Shown here piece after piece: positions 55,174 to 64,000 of a DNA stretch of 64,000 nt; the stretch's first letter is position 1; the number at the start of each line of letters is the position of its first letter. The translations under genes and the position numbers were made by a program. Under the pieces are notes generated by a model that made no database searches, was not told the DNA's origin, and worked only from the letters and a program-made list of their open reading frames with translations. The stretch spans positions 78,882-142,881 of IMG/VR virus record IMGVR_UViG_3300022752_000024; one strand, 5' to 3'. The DNA comes from a virus.

Positions 55174-56520
55174 TTATTTATTAGATTTCTTTTCTTCTTT
55201 TTTCTTGTCGTCTTTCTTATCATCCTTTTTGGTCACATCGGGTTGACCTGGACGATTTCTCATCATTGGATCTAATTCGACAGTATCTCTATTCTGTTTT
55301 GTTAGAGTTGTTCCTCCAGATAAAGTTGCGGCTGCTGTAGGTTTTTTATCGCCTTTACTATCTTTCTCATCCGCCTTTTCTAGCTTAGGAGATTTTCCAT
55401 AAACTCTTGCTGGATCTTTATTTTCTTTTTCGTGATCGTAGGTGTCTTCTTTCATAACACTTTTTTTCTTATACACCGACTTAACGATTCTGGCAGAACG
55501 AGAGTCTTCTTTTTTTCTTTCTGCTACTCTTGTTAATGTTCCTTTTGGTTCATCAGACAATACAGATTCTTTTTTAATATCATTGATTTCAGATTGCTTT
55601 TGAGTAGCTTGTTTCTTATAATGTTCTGGATCAGGTAATCCAGATGATTTTCTAATTGCTTGATGTTTTTGATGTAATCTTTCAGCAGCCGTAGGAGTTG
55701 ATTTTTTAATGTTGATTTTAATTGGTTTTACTTTTGCTTCATCAAGTTCAACTTCTTCTTCTTTTACGCAAGACCCAGGTGAATATGCTTTCTTACCTGG
55801 TTTAGGTTTATATCCTGTCCAGCAGCGACTTGCTTCATCTAACTCAAGTGTTTCATAATCATAATCTTCTTTCATCTCTTTTGATTCTTCTTCTTCTTCA
55901 TAATCATCAGGATCAATCTTTAGTTCATCTTTACGATTTTGGTAGTCTAAAAGTTTCTTGATGTTTTCGATATGACCTTGTAGATAACCATGCTCCAAAC
56001 GCATATCTGGATTAACCATAGCAACCATACGATCCAGTTGATCTTTAATATTTTGTGCAACAATTAAATATCCAAGATCATCTTCTTTAGGAGAACCTTT
56101 TTTCTCCATAAGATGTTTCTCGATGAAGAAAATGCAATCTTGTAGTTTAGCCATGCCTTCTACGAGATCATATGAATCTGCTTCGACTCTATCTTCGATG
56201 TATTCATAAATTTCAGTCGCTACGGGACACATATGAAAATAACGAGTATAGTAATCAAATACTTTTATTTCATGATCTTCTGGATGATTCTTTTGTTCCA
56301 TGAACTCAACTTCTTCTCTTTGGGTCATCAGCCATTGTTTAAATGCATTTGACTTAGAGTGAGCAATCTTTACGTCTTTAGTGACATATTCAGGATTAAT
56401 ACCTCTAGTTTTTAGATATTTGTCCAACGAAGCAGATTCGGAGATACCAGCTTTAGCTGACCATGGATCCCAAGGATTTTTACCAAAAACTTCTTTAAAC
56501 GTCTTTTTATTCTTCATCAC
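55174..56520 (-). CDS. Putative internal head protein
   Basis: Repeated ELDE sites; CWTGY..SCVKE mini-module; K/E-rich. Confidence 0.6.
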   Translation of the reverse strand: MMKNKKTFKEVFGKNPWDPWSAKAGISESASLDKYLKTRGINPEYVTKDVKIAHSKSNAFKQWLMTQREEVEFMEQKNHPEDHEIKVFDYYTRYFHMCPVATEIYEYIEDRVEADSYDLVEGMAKLQDCIFFIEKHLMEKKGSPKEDDLGYLIVAQNIKDQLDRMVAMVNPDMRLEHGYLQGHIENIKKLLDYQNRKDELKIDPDDYEEEEESKEMKEDYDYETLELDEASRCWTGYKPKPGKKAYSPGSCVKEEEVELDEAKVKPIKINIKKSTPTAAERLHQKHQAIRKSSGLPDPEHYKKQATQKQSEINDIKKESVLSDEPKGTLTRVAERKKEDSRSARIVKSVYKKKSVMKEDTYDHEKENKDPARVYGKSPKLEKADEKDSKGDKKPTAAATLSGGTTLTKQNRDTVELDPMMRNRPGQPDVTKKDDKKDDKKKEEKKSNK

Positions 56521-57529
56521 TTTTTCCTTCTGAAGTCATACCAGCCTTTCCCAACATTTCTTTTTTTAGTGATGAGAATGATTTCAGTTTGTATGGTGGC
56601 TTATTAGCAGGAGTATTTTTCATTTCATCCAATTCAACTTCTTCTGATGTTGGTTTATAGTCCTTTAGTCGAGCGTAAGCTTTTCCTAAATTGTCAACAT
56701 CTTTCTTAGTAGTTGTTGGTTGATGCATCTTTTTTAAAACATATGATTTAACTGTAGATTTACTCAATTCATCAAGTTCTTCAACTTCTTCTTTCTTAAC
56801 AGTCACTGGCATTGTTTTACCTTGAAACTCAAAAGATTTCTTTCCTTGCTTTGCAGCAGCATGAGCAGCCATACGTAGACCACTTTCTTCTACATCTGTA
56901 TCTTCGTGCTTATATGCAACTTTATAGCTAGAATGTTCGTTATCTTTACCACCTTTAGTACGACCAGCTAATGTGTCCGTAGTTCTTTGAGAGTGGTCTA
57001 TTTTTTCATCGATTTGATCTGCATCTTCTTTCATTGCTTGTTTAGTAGCAGTAGCATACATCACTTCTTTCCAACGTTTACCATATTTCTTCTTAAATTG
57101 ATCGGTATTGTCTTTCATAGACATAACAATTTCTTCTTTTTTCTTGGCTTGTGCTGGAGTCATTTCTTTTTCGTCCATAGGAATGGCACCTTTTTTGCCA
57201 TACATAGATTCAATTAGACGATCAGTAAAAGTCAAATCTTCTTTAGAATACAACTTAGTATTGGTAAATCGTTTTTGGCGAGCACCATATTTACCTCTCT
57301 TTTCTTTCGGCTCATCATCGTCATGTTCAGGTTCATCTTTTTGACGACCACCACCATAACGTGTCCCTAATTTAACACCAGAACCACCACTTGGTTTTGG
57401 TTCACTTGCTCTCTTTTTAGCATCTGCTACAGTAGGAAATGCTTCATTTAATTGCTCGGATTCTTTTTTGTCTAATACTTTGTTAACCGAATCGATTAAT
57501 GATTGAGATACTTTGTCTTTTGCGAACAT
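56507..57529 (-). CDS. Putative internal head protein
   Basis: LNE/IDE/LDE sites; EEIVMSMK..FKKKYG....VMYATATKQA module. Confidence 0.65.
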   Translation of the reverse strand: MFAKDKVSQSLIDSVNKVLDKKESEQLNEAFPTVADAKKRASEPKPSGGSGVKLGTRYGGGRQKDEPEHDDDEPKEKRGKYGARQKRFTNTKLYSKEDLTFTDRLIESMYGKKGAIPMDEKEMTPAQAKKKEEIVMSMKDNTDQFKKKYGKRWKEVMYATATKQAMKEDADQIDEKIDHSQRTTDTLAGRTKGGKDNEHSSYKVAYKHEDTDVEESGLRMAAHAAAKQGKKSFEFQGKTMPVTVKKEEVEELDELSKSTVKSYVLKKMHQPTTTKKDVDNLGKAYARLKDYKPTSEEVELDEMKNTPANKPPYKLKSFSSLKKEMLGKAGMTSEGKSDEE

Positions 57530-57530
57530 A

Positions 57531-59414
57531 TTATTTCTCCTGTTTCTTTTTCTTTTTGATTGTTATACCAATAGTTCTATCTTGGTCTTTATATGACTGT
57601 AATGGTTCTTTGTTTGTTGCTCCGTTCAGTACGCCACCCACTCCCATATCTACTGCTCCGGGGTCGTCTATTGCCTCTTTTACTTTGGATCTGATTTGAC
57701 TAAATTTGCGAGGACCATCTGCGGTGCCTTTCTTGTTGTATTTATCGAAAGACATATCCTCACGATACGTTACGTCCCCAAGACCTGACATAGGATACAC
57801 CGTTCCTTGTTGTCTAGTATCAAATTCTGGACCAATACCCGATAGGTTTCTGAGCCTCTGATTTGGGGTTGGAGAATCAGACCATCTTCTGTTTTTTGCT
57901 TTTAGCTTTTCTTTGTCTTGCGTGAAGTTGGGTTCTTTGGGCGGTGGGTTGATTGTGAGTTTAGGTTCTTTTGTTGACCTACTGGTTTCTTTTTTGGTTT
58001 TGTTGGATTCGTAGGTTCTGAAGGTGTAACCTGAGTTACTGGCAAGGTCTCCGTCGGTAACGGAATCGATTTTTCCAGACTTTCTGAGGAGTTGCATGAC
58101 TGGACTATTGTTGTCGGCAACGTACTGTCCTTTGATTCCGCTACTGTTGGAGTTTGTTTTTTGAATAGACTTAGAATTTTTTGAAACATGAGAATACTCC
58201 TTAAATATCATCGAAAATTTTTCATTTATATCTATCTTACTATTTTTTGCAAGCCAATCGTAAGCAACATCATTGGAAGTCTGTCGATCTAAGAAATCAT
58301 TGACATGGTCATAAACATCAGTAATCGATTCCTCAACAACTTCGAGGTTATCATTGTTATTGAACAAATTGAAATCTTCAAACATTTGATGATATATTAC
58401 TTTGTTTGTTTGAGACTTTTGCCATTTTTCTTGACGAATTGACTCGTCTATCATTCGTCTTAGACCAATATTTCTCTTTCTACTAACTTCATCTAAGGTA
58501 TCCACATACACCATCATTGTAGAATATCCTAATTCTTCCAATTCTTCTTTAACGATTGAGAGTTTTTCGATGTTATCTGCGGTACTATTAATTATCAGTG
58601 GACCACGAATTCGAATAGCTTCTCTACGGTAATCTCTTGTTTGTTCTGATAGTTTTTGCTTATCCATCAAGTAGTCAAAAGCTTGTGCGATATTCAACTC
58701 CACCGCTTTTTCTTCAGCTATAGCTTCTCGAATAATAATGTCTTTTCCTGATCCTGGACCACCAGTCACAAAGATAGCTTTAAATTTGCCACGCATATGA
58801 GATTCGTTTAATCCCATACCAGTTCTAGTATCATGCATTAATTCTTTAGCATGAGAATTAGAAACATGATTAGGAACACCAAGCTTGAAGCTTTTGATAT
58901 CATTATTCTTGGCATGTTCACGCATTTTAGTGCCAGACATACCTTCTGTTCCTTCTGCATCAGGATCTCGTTCTCCAGCAGAATGTACAGTTATTTTTTT
59001 GAAGTTATATAATGCTCCTTCGTGAGTTCCATTGTATTTGTTTAGTTTTTCTTTCATTTCAGCAACACGGTCAGAACCAACAACCATATGTAGATGAGTT
59101 ACACCTTTTTTGTGTAACTGCTCTGCATGATGAATAAAACTAGGATTTGCTTTAGAAGAAGCTTCAAAATTAGTGCCAGGAGAATATCTCTTTAGATGTT
59201 TTAGCTTTTGTGATGCTGATAATGGATTCTTTTTTGCATCTTGAGAGTGTGAGGTAACCACAGAATGCGTTGCATTATTCTTTTTGGCTACGTCTTTAAC
59301 TTTATCAATTAACTTCAAATGTCCAGTTGTGGGTGGATTCATTCTACCAAATGTAAAAACATGGTGAACTTCTCCACTTTTCTCCTCTTGCAATATGTCT
59401 AAAAAAGTTTTCAT
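57531..59414 (-). CDS. Cytidyltransferase-like (HIGH) nucleotidyltransferase fused to a P-loop kinase-like domain
   Basis: FTFGRMNPPTTGH, MVVGSDRV, SAGERDPDA..GMS; then KAIFVTGGPGSGK, GY.TMMVYVDT..VS..RN. Confidence 0.8.
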   Translation of the reverse strand: MKTFLDILQEEKSGEVHHVFTFGRMNPPTTGHLKLIDKVKDVAKKNNATHSVVTSHSQDAKKNPLSASQKLKHLKRYSPGTNFEASSKANPSFIHHAEQLHKKGVTHLHMVVGSDRVAEMKEKLNKYNGTHEGALYNFKKITVHSAGERDPDAEGTEGMSGTKMREHAKNNDIKSFKLGVPNHVSNSHAKELMHDTRTGMGLNESHMRGKFKAIFVTGGPGSGKDIIIREAIAEEKAVELNIAQAFDYLMDKQKLSEQTRDYRREAIRIRGPLIINSTADNIEKLSIVKEELEELGYSTMMVYVDTLDEVSRKRNIGLRRMIDESIRQEKWQKSQTNKVIYHQMFEDFNLFNNNDNLEVVEESITDVYDHVNDFLDRQTSNDVAYDWLAKNSKIDINEKFSMIFKEYSHVSKNSKSIQKTNSNSSGIKGQYVADNNSPVMQLLRKSGKIDSVTDGDLASNSGYTFRTYESNKTKKETSRSTKEPKLTINPPPKEPNFTQDKEKLKAKNRRWSDSPTPNQRLRNLSGIGPEFDTRQQGTVYPMSGLGDVTYREDMSFDKYNKKGTADGPRKFSQIRSKVKEAIDDPGAVDMGVGGVLNGATNKEPLQSYKDQDRTIGITIKKKKKQEK

Positions 59415-59420
59415 TCTAAC

Positions 59421-60575
59421 TTAATCTCCGGCTGTTGTGCCTGAGCCTTTTATTGAACTGAGTGGATCCGATTGGGAATTAAATTTAATTCTATGTGAAG
59501 CAAAAGTTTTACCTTTATACTTAAATTGAACTCCAGTTCCACTATGATGAACTTCAATATTTTCATGATCATTAAAAATATGTTCATGATGCTCACTAGG
59601 ATCAATTGAATGATGTTTAAATTCTCCTCGTGAAGTATATGATGTATGTCTTATGTGATTATGTCCTTCATTCTGCATCGGGGTTTTATGTGCATGAATC
59701 ACCTTTCTGATATGATCAACCAATTCTTCTTTTGGTAAATTAGAAAGATGCTCATGTAAATGAGAGGAAATCTTATTTAATGTTTCAGCATTTTTCTTCT
59801 TCACATAAGCATTCATTTTTGGATTATCTTTCAGCATTTTTTTTCTCTGATCAGCATTTGTTGCCTGAGTCACCAGTTTTGGATATTTTTTAATGATGTC
59901 TTTTCGATGCTCATCATGAATATCTTGAGCTTTAGGTCCAGCCGATCCAATACCCAGATTCGATGTTGGGACATGCTTACTTGAAGAATCAGTTACTTTT
60001 AAACTAATACCATTATGTTTAACTTGTTTCTTTTTGCGAGTTGATGCAACTATGTCAGATGAATCTTCTTTTTGTGTCGCCTTTATACCAGTTGTACGTA
60101 ACAAATCGTTAGGTTGAGATGTCCAATGTACCTGATGTATTTTATGGCCATCGACTTCAACTTTTTTCTTAATGTCATTGGCAGCCGATTTTGCTCTATT
60201 ATTTATTTTTTTATATTCATTATTACTGACAAGCTTCTTTAATCTATCGTGCGCTTCTTCTGGGCTATCTCCATTTTTGTCTGGATGTTTTTCCATGTGC
60301 TTTCCACCAAGCAAATGGTATCCAGTTAGAATTTCGTGAAGTTTGCCTTTTGTGTCTGGCGAGGCTTTTTTGTTTTCGGTTTCTTCTGCTAATTCATACA
60401 AGTCATCTTCTTCATCAAAATGAGATTCTTTTAAGCTCATTTCTTTTAATTCTTGTTCATCTTGCATTCTTAAATGCTTTAAAATTTTATCTATTTCAGC
60501 ATCAGTAAGATGTTCTTTTTTTTCAGTCAAGAGTCCTGCTCTTTCCATCCACATTATTTTTTGTATGGTGTTCAT
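59421..60575 (-). CDS. Putative PD-(D/E)xK nuclease-fold protein, His-rich
   Basis: GKLHEIL..SSDIV..GISLK pattern of restriction-like folds; start set at MNTIQK after AAGGA. Confidence 0.5.
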   Translation of the reverse strand: MNTIQKIMWMERAGLLTEKKEHLTDAEIDKILKHLRMQDEQELKEMSLKESHFDEEDDLYELAEETENKKASPDTKGKLHEILTGYHLLGGKHMEKHPDKNGDSPEEAHDRLKKLVSNNEYKKINNRAKSAANDIKKKVEVDGHKIHQVHWTSQPNDLLRTTGIKATQKEDSSDIVASTRKKKQVKHNGISLKVTDSSSKHVPTSNLGIGSAGPKAQDIHDEHRKDIIKKYPKLVTQATNADQRKKMLKDNPKMNAYVKKKNAETLNKISSHLHEHLSNLPKEELVDHIRKVIHAHKTPMQNEGHNHIRHTSYTSRGEFKHHSIDPSEHHEHIFNDHENIEVHHSGTGVQFKYKGKTFASHRIKFNSQSDPLSSIKGSGTTAGD

Positions 60576-60588
60576 GTTTTTTTCCTTA

Positions 60589-61737
60589 TTATTCTTTTGC
60601 AAATCTAGGATTATTAAGTATTGCGTTTGAGACTTTGACTGGAACAAGTTTCGAAACTGGTCTCATTTTTCCAGCCTTGTCTTTTTTCTGAAGAACGATA
60701 CCTTCACCTTGAGATTTTTTACCATCTATACTTGTGTGCATATCAGGATGTTCAACACCTTTTAAAACATGTTCAGTAGCTTGTCCTAAGTGATGACGTA
60801 TATCTAAAGAACGTTGAAAATGGCTAGAATTTTGATCAACATGTGATTTCAGAGAATCAAATTTTGCACGAGTTTTTGTTTTTCCAGCTCCAGTTTTTAA
60901 CTTTGATGCCGCTTTTTCACCTTCATCATTCAAATGTTTCTTGTAACCTTCGATAGAAGCAGTTTCTCCACGTCTTGTTGTTCTATTTAAGTATGTAGTA
61001 AAATGTCCACCTTTTTTTGTGTCAATATGTTCTGGTGTAAGATGATGTGTTTTGTGATTCTTCAGTAATGCTTCGGCAGCACTAATATGGTGATCTGTAG
61101 CCTCTTTGTCGTCCTTTGAATACGTAGAAGATTTGGCATGATATTCATGTTCTGGCACAAAAACATTTTTACTTTTCTTCAAAGCACCATTAGATACTGC
61201 ATGGGCTACACCATGACTAACTTCTGTATGAACTGCTATTCCTAGCGGTGCTTTAGTTTTTGCCTTGTAGGTGATTCGATTTGGTGTTGTGGTGGTGTGT
61301 TCTCCTGATGTTTCTCCAGGAGACTCTGGAGTATGCAACAAATCTCCCTGAACATGATGTCCTTTATTAACAAATTCATGGCCATGCTTGAGTAGATGTT
61401 TTAGAGATTTTGCGTATTCTGGTTGGTGTCCAAAGTGGTGGTCAACTTCTTCAGGTGTTCTGGCAATAATTCCTCTGGCAATCCTGTGTTTATCAGAAAC
61501 ACCGACGCCATGCTGATCATGAATAACATGAACCGAAGCACCACCGTCAGTTTTTAGTGATGCGCCAACGTTGCTCGGTTTACCTAGTCTCTTTTTGTGG
61601 AATTGTTTAATCAAGTCAACTGCCATACGAGCATGTTGTGGAGCTTCGTGAGGTATGTCCTTTGTGTGGGTTAGATGACCCAACATCTCATCATCAATGG
61701 ATGAAGCTTCTATTAAAAATGACTTAAATGATCGCAT
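60589..61737 (-). CDS. Ligase-like (KxDG) nucleotidyltransferase-fold protein, His-rich
   Basis: HLTH, LKTDGG (motif I), VQGDLL (III), EGIV (IV), KLV (V); starts MRSFKSFLIE. Confidence 0.6.
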   Translation of the reverse strand: MRSFKSFLIEASSIDDEMLGHLTHTKDIPHEAPQHARMAVDLIKQFHKKRLGKPSNVGASLKTDGGASVHVIHDQHGVGVSDKHRIARGIIARTPEEVDHHFGHQPEYAKSLKHLLKHGHEFVNKGHHVQGDLLHTPESPGETSGEHTTTTPNRITYKAKTKAPLGIAVHTEVSHGVAHAVSNGALKKSKNVFVPEHEYHAKSSTYSKDDKEATDHHISAAEALLKNHKTHHLTPEHIDTKKGGHFTTYLNRTTRRGETASIEGYKKHLNDEGEKAASKLKTGAGKTKTRAKFDSLKSHVDQNSSHFQRSLDIRHHLGQATEHVLKGVEHPDMHTSIDGKKSQGEGIVLQKKDKAGKMRPVSKLVPVKVSNAILNNPRFAKE

Positions 61738-61787
61738 TATTTGTATTTCTCCCAGAATATGCAACACGCTTCGGTTGCTAGTGAGAT

Positions 61788-61795
61788 TATTTATA
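61788..61795 (-). promoter_or_regulatory. T4-type late promoter TATAAATA
   Basis: Exact match 50 nt upstream of the ligase-like gene, followed by a small leader hairpin GCAAC..GTTGC. Confidence 0.8.
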
Positions 61796-62504
61796 ATACT
61801 AATTTATTTATTCCATGTTTTTTTAGACAATAAGCTACTTCAGGGTCTTTTAGTGAATAGAAGCTAGGATTATCGACCGCCGATACTGGATGATGTCTCG
61901 CACAGACCAGAATATCATTGATAATTGTAGGCATACCTAGTTTCTGTTTTACCCTGAAATAATACTCACAATCAACAACATATAAAATACTTTCGTCCAT
62001 AAATATTTTACTTGAATTTTCGCAATTCAATATTGATATGTTTGATGGATTACCTATCGTGTTTTCTCCAACAAGAACATTGTCAGAATAAAATGGAATT
62101 CTAGTGTTGAAGAATTCTTTTTTATTTTCACTATGGGTGAATCCATTTGCTACCCATTTTGCGCCAGCATCAAATGCGGTTTGAATCTTCTCTAGTGCTT
62201 TTGCGTCTACAAAGAAATCGTCTTGATATAAAATCTTGATAATTTCTCCTTTAGCATAGCTCATTGCGGTATTGATGTTTGCTGCTGCTTTACCTTTTTG
62301 ATAAAAATATTTAAAGTATCTGATATCAAGTAAGCTAGAATGTTTATCGCAAACTTCTAAGACTTTTGTATCTGGACTCTGATCTGTTATAACAACTTCA
62401 AAGTCTTGTACTGTTTGATATTTAAGTTCAGTTAAAAGTTGGTCTAAAAATGCGTGACCATAACCACCCATTTCATACGTTGGAATACATATTGAAAATT
62501 TCAT
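61791..62504 (-). CDS. Glycosyltransferase family 2
   Basis: SICIPTY, DFEVVITD, N.N.A...AKGE..KILYQDD, GNPS, VDCEYY. Confidence 0.88.
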   Translation of the reverse strand: MKFSICIPTYEMGGYGHAFLDQLLTELKYQTVQDFEVVITDQSPDTKVLEVCDKHSSLLDIRYFKYFYQKGKAAANINTAMSYAKGEIIKILYQDDFFVDAKALEKIQTAFDAGAKWVANGFTHSENKKEFFNTRIPFYSDNVLVGENTIGNPSNISILNCENSSKIFMDESILYVVDCEYYFRVKQKLGMPTIINDILVCARHHPVSAVDNPSFYSLKDPEVAYCLKKHGINKLVL

Positions 62505-63255
62505 TTTTCAAATCTCTCGCTAAAGGTAAATATTGATTTTTATAGGTATTATTCATTTCTTCCTCGCCCATCAAATGACCGGTTCCCAATCCTTTCATCT
62601 TATCACTTTCGGGCATTCTATTTTTGATTTGCATTTTTCTTTTCTTTAGTTGTTCATTATAAGGAGACCATCCATACCAAAGAATTACTAATTCTTCCGT
62701 AGTATAGTTAAAATGCCTTCCCATAGGATAAGTTATTTCATTTCTGTTATGAAGTAGTCTACCTCTACGAATAGGAAATGAACCTTCTTTATAATGAATA
62801 CCATACGACTTTTGTTTTACTAGAGGTAGGTCATAGGTTGGATCTGTATATGGTTCATTATCCACCATAGTCATTACAGGTATACCAAAACCAAAAGTCA
62901 CTGGTTCGCTAGGTCCAATACCGAGATTCACAAATGAAGTTTTTTGTTCATCGTATGCTGCTGTAACAGATAAATCACCCAACAAGAATTCTGTTGTGTT
63001 TAGACAAATTCTCCAACCATCAATTTCTTTATCTATATCTTCAACTTCTGCATCAATTTCTCTTGCTCCGAAGAATTGATTTCTAGATTGACGAATTTCC
63101 CAATGTGGACAGATTTCTTTAATAATATCTACAGAATTATCCGTTGAAGAATAATCAATCATTATGCCATGGTCAAACATATCTTTATGATGCTCTAACC
63201 ACCAAGGCATCAAATATTCTTCATTATAAAAATGAGAAACTAAGGTCGGTTTCAT
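62473..63255 (-). CDS. GT2-like glycosyltransferase-fold protein
   Basis: HFYNEEYLMPWWLEHH..FDHGIMIDYSSTD.S..W...LN.TEFL. Confidence 0.75.
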   Translation of the reverse strand: MKPTLVSHFYNEEYLMPWWLEHHKDMFDHGIMIDYSSTDNSVDIIKEICPHWEIRQSRNQFFGAREIDAEVEDIDKEIDGWRICLNTTEFLLGDLSVTAAYDEQKTSFVNLGIGPSEPVTFGFGIPVMTMVDNEPYTDPTYDLPLVKQKSYGIHYKEGSFPIRRGRLLHNRNEITYPMGRHFNYTTEELVILWYGWSPYNEQLKKRKMQIKNRMPESDKMKGLGTGHLMGEEEMNNTYKNQYLPLARDLKNEIFNMYSNV

Positions 63256-64000
63256 ACAATTTCTACCTGCGGAAAATATTTCAGAAAAACAACATTATCA
63301 CTTTTTCTCGATAATACTTTTTGTTTAATCTCGTCAAAGAAGTTCCATGCAAGAGGAACAATGCAAATCTTATCAGTTTCTTCCAGTAGTTTATCTGGAG
63401 AGCAAATTGGAATCTTTGAACCAGGACTATACAATCCTTGCTTTAAAGGATTATCATCTACAATATAATCAAGTTTAAACATCGAGAAATTTAAAAATGT
63501 ATTTCCTTTAGCGGCAGCACCATAACCAATAACTTTATAACCATTATCATATAATTTATTGATTTTGTGTAAAGTCTCTTTCGCAATACGTATACAATTT
63601 TCAGAATAGGTCAACATTACTTTTTCGTTGAGTTCATCTTCTTTTTCAAAGAACTCCAAAGAACGATCTTCTTTGCTTTTAGATAAAACAAATACAAAAC
63701 TTGTTCCATGCACTGGTGTTCGCACAACATCAATTACTGATAATCCAGCTCTTTTTGCTAGTGTGCAGAACGACTTAACGCTAAAAAATGAAATGTGTTC
63801 ATGGTAAATGGTATCAAATTGGTTGTTCTTTACCATATCTGCTTGAGATGTTTGTATAAAAATACAACCATCGTCACTTAGTGTTGATTTGCACTTTTCT
63901 AAAAAGTCTTTAGGATATGTATTATGTGCAAAAACATTTTGTGCAATGATTACATCAAATTTCGTGTTGAGTTTGTTTATACTGTCGCTAGTAAGATAAT
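63252..64000 (-). CDS. NDP-sugar C-methyltransferase (3' part; begins beyond window end)
   Basis: FDVIIAQNVFAH, FDTIYHEHISFF, HGTS, GYGAAAKGNT, VDDNPLKQG..PG, LAWNF. Confidence 0.88.
   Translation of the reverse strand, partial: YLTSDSINKLNTKFDVIIAQNVFAHNTYPKDFLEKCKSTLSDDGCIFIQTSQADMVKNNQFDTIYHEHISFFSVKSFCTLAKRAGLSVIDVVRTPVHGTSFVFVLSKSKEDRSLEFFEKEDELNEKVMLTYSENCIRIAKETLHKINKLYDNGYKVIGYGAAAKGNTFLNFSMFKLDYIVDDNPLKQGLYSPGSKIPICSPDKLLEETDKICIVPLAWNFFDEIKQKVLSRKSDNVVFLKYFPQVEIV

Noticed and set aside
1-64000. Stop-codon reassignment or a diversity-generating retroelement
   Set aside because: Core genes are full length in the standard code and end in TAA, TAG and TGA; no reverse transcriptase or template/variable repeat pair seen

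Overview
64 kb segment of a large, AT-rich T4-like myovirus, probably an aquatic phage of a betaproteobacterial host (host inferred from the PqqA sequence and the two-piece tmRNA). In order: (i) baseplate/tail module (gp7 partial, gp6, gp25, gp5, hub, gp53, gp48, gp4, gp2, gp54-like, gp26/gp51, two paralogous tape-measure-like proteins); (ii) gp32, gp59, gp33, a SleB-like hydrolase, a pqqA precursor-peptide gene missed by the ORF track and a circularly permuted tmRNA; (iii) accessory genes (exonuclease, mini tail-fibre and chaperone, PhoH, LpxH-like phosphoesterase, pyrimidine-dimer glycosylase-like, PurD-like ATP-grasp, MoxR/CobS-like ATPase); (iv) an early region (about 28-35.3 kb) of promoter-gene cassettes, with ten related sigma70 promoters and a promoter-driven, ORF-less, highly structured segment of about 350 nt; (v) peptidase-VWA protein, DNA methylase, RNase H, NrdB, NrdA, ThyX, primase; (vi) lysis module; (vii) likely head-packaged proteins, including a ligase-like/nuclease-like/nucleotidyltransferase-kinase trio; (viii) glycosyltransferases and a partial sugar C-methyltransferase. 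Main leads: a candidate novel ncRNA, a probable programmed -1 frameshift fusing gp26 to gp51, phage-borne pqqA beside a two-piece tmRNA, and the virion-targeted enzyme trio. All family calls are by motif recognition from memory; no searches were run.
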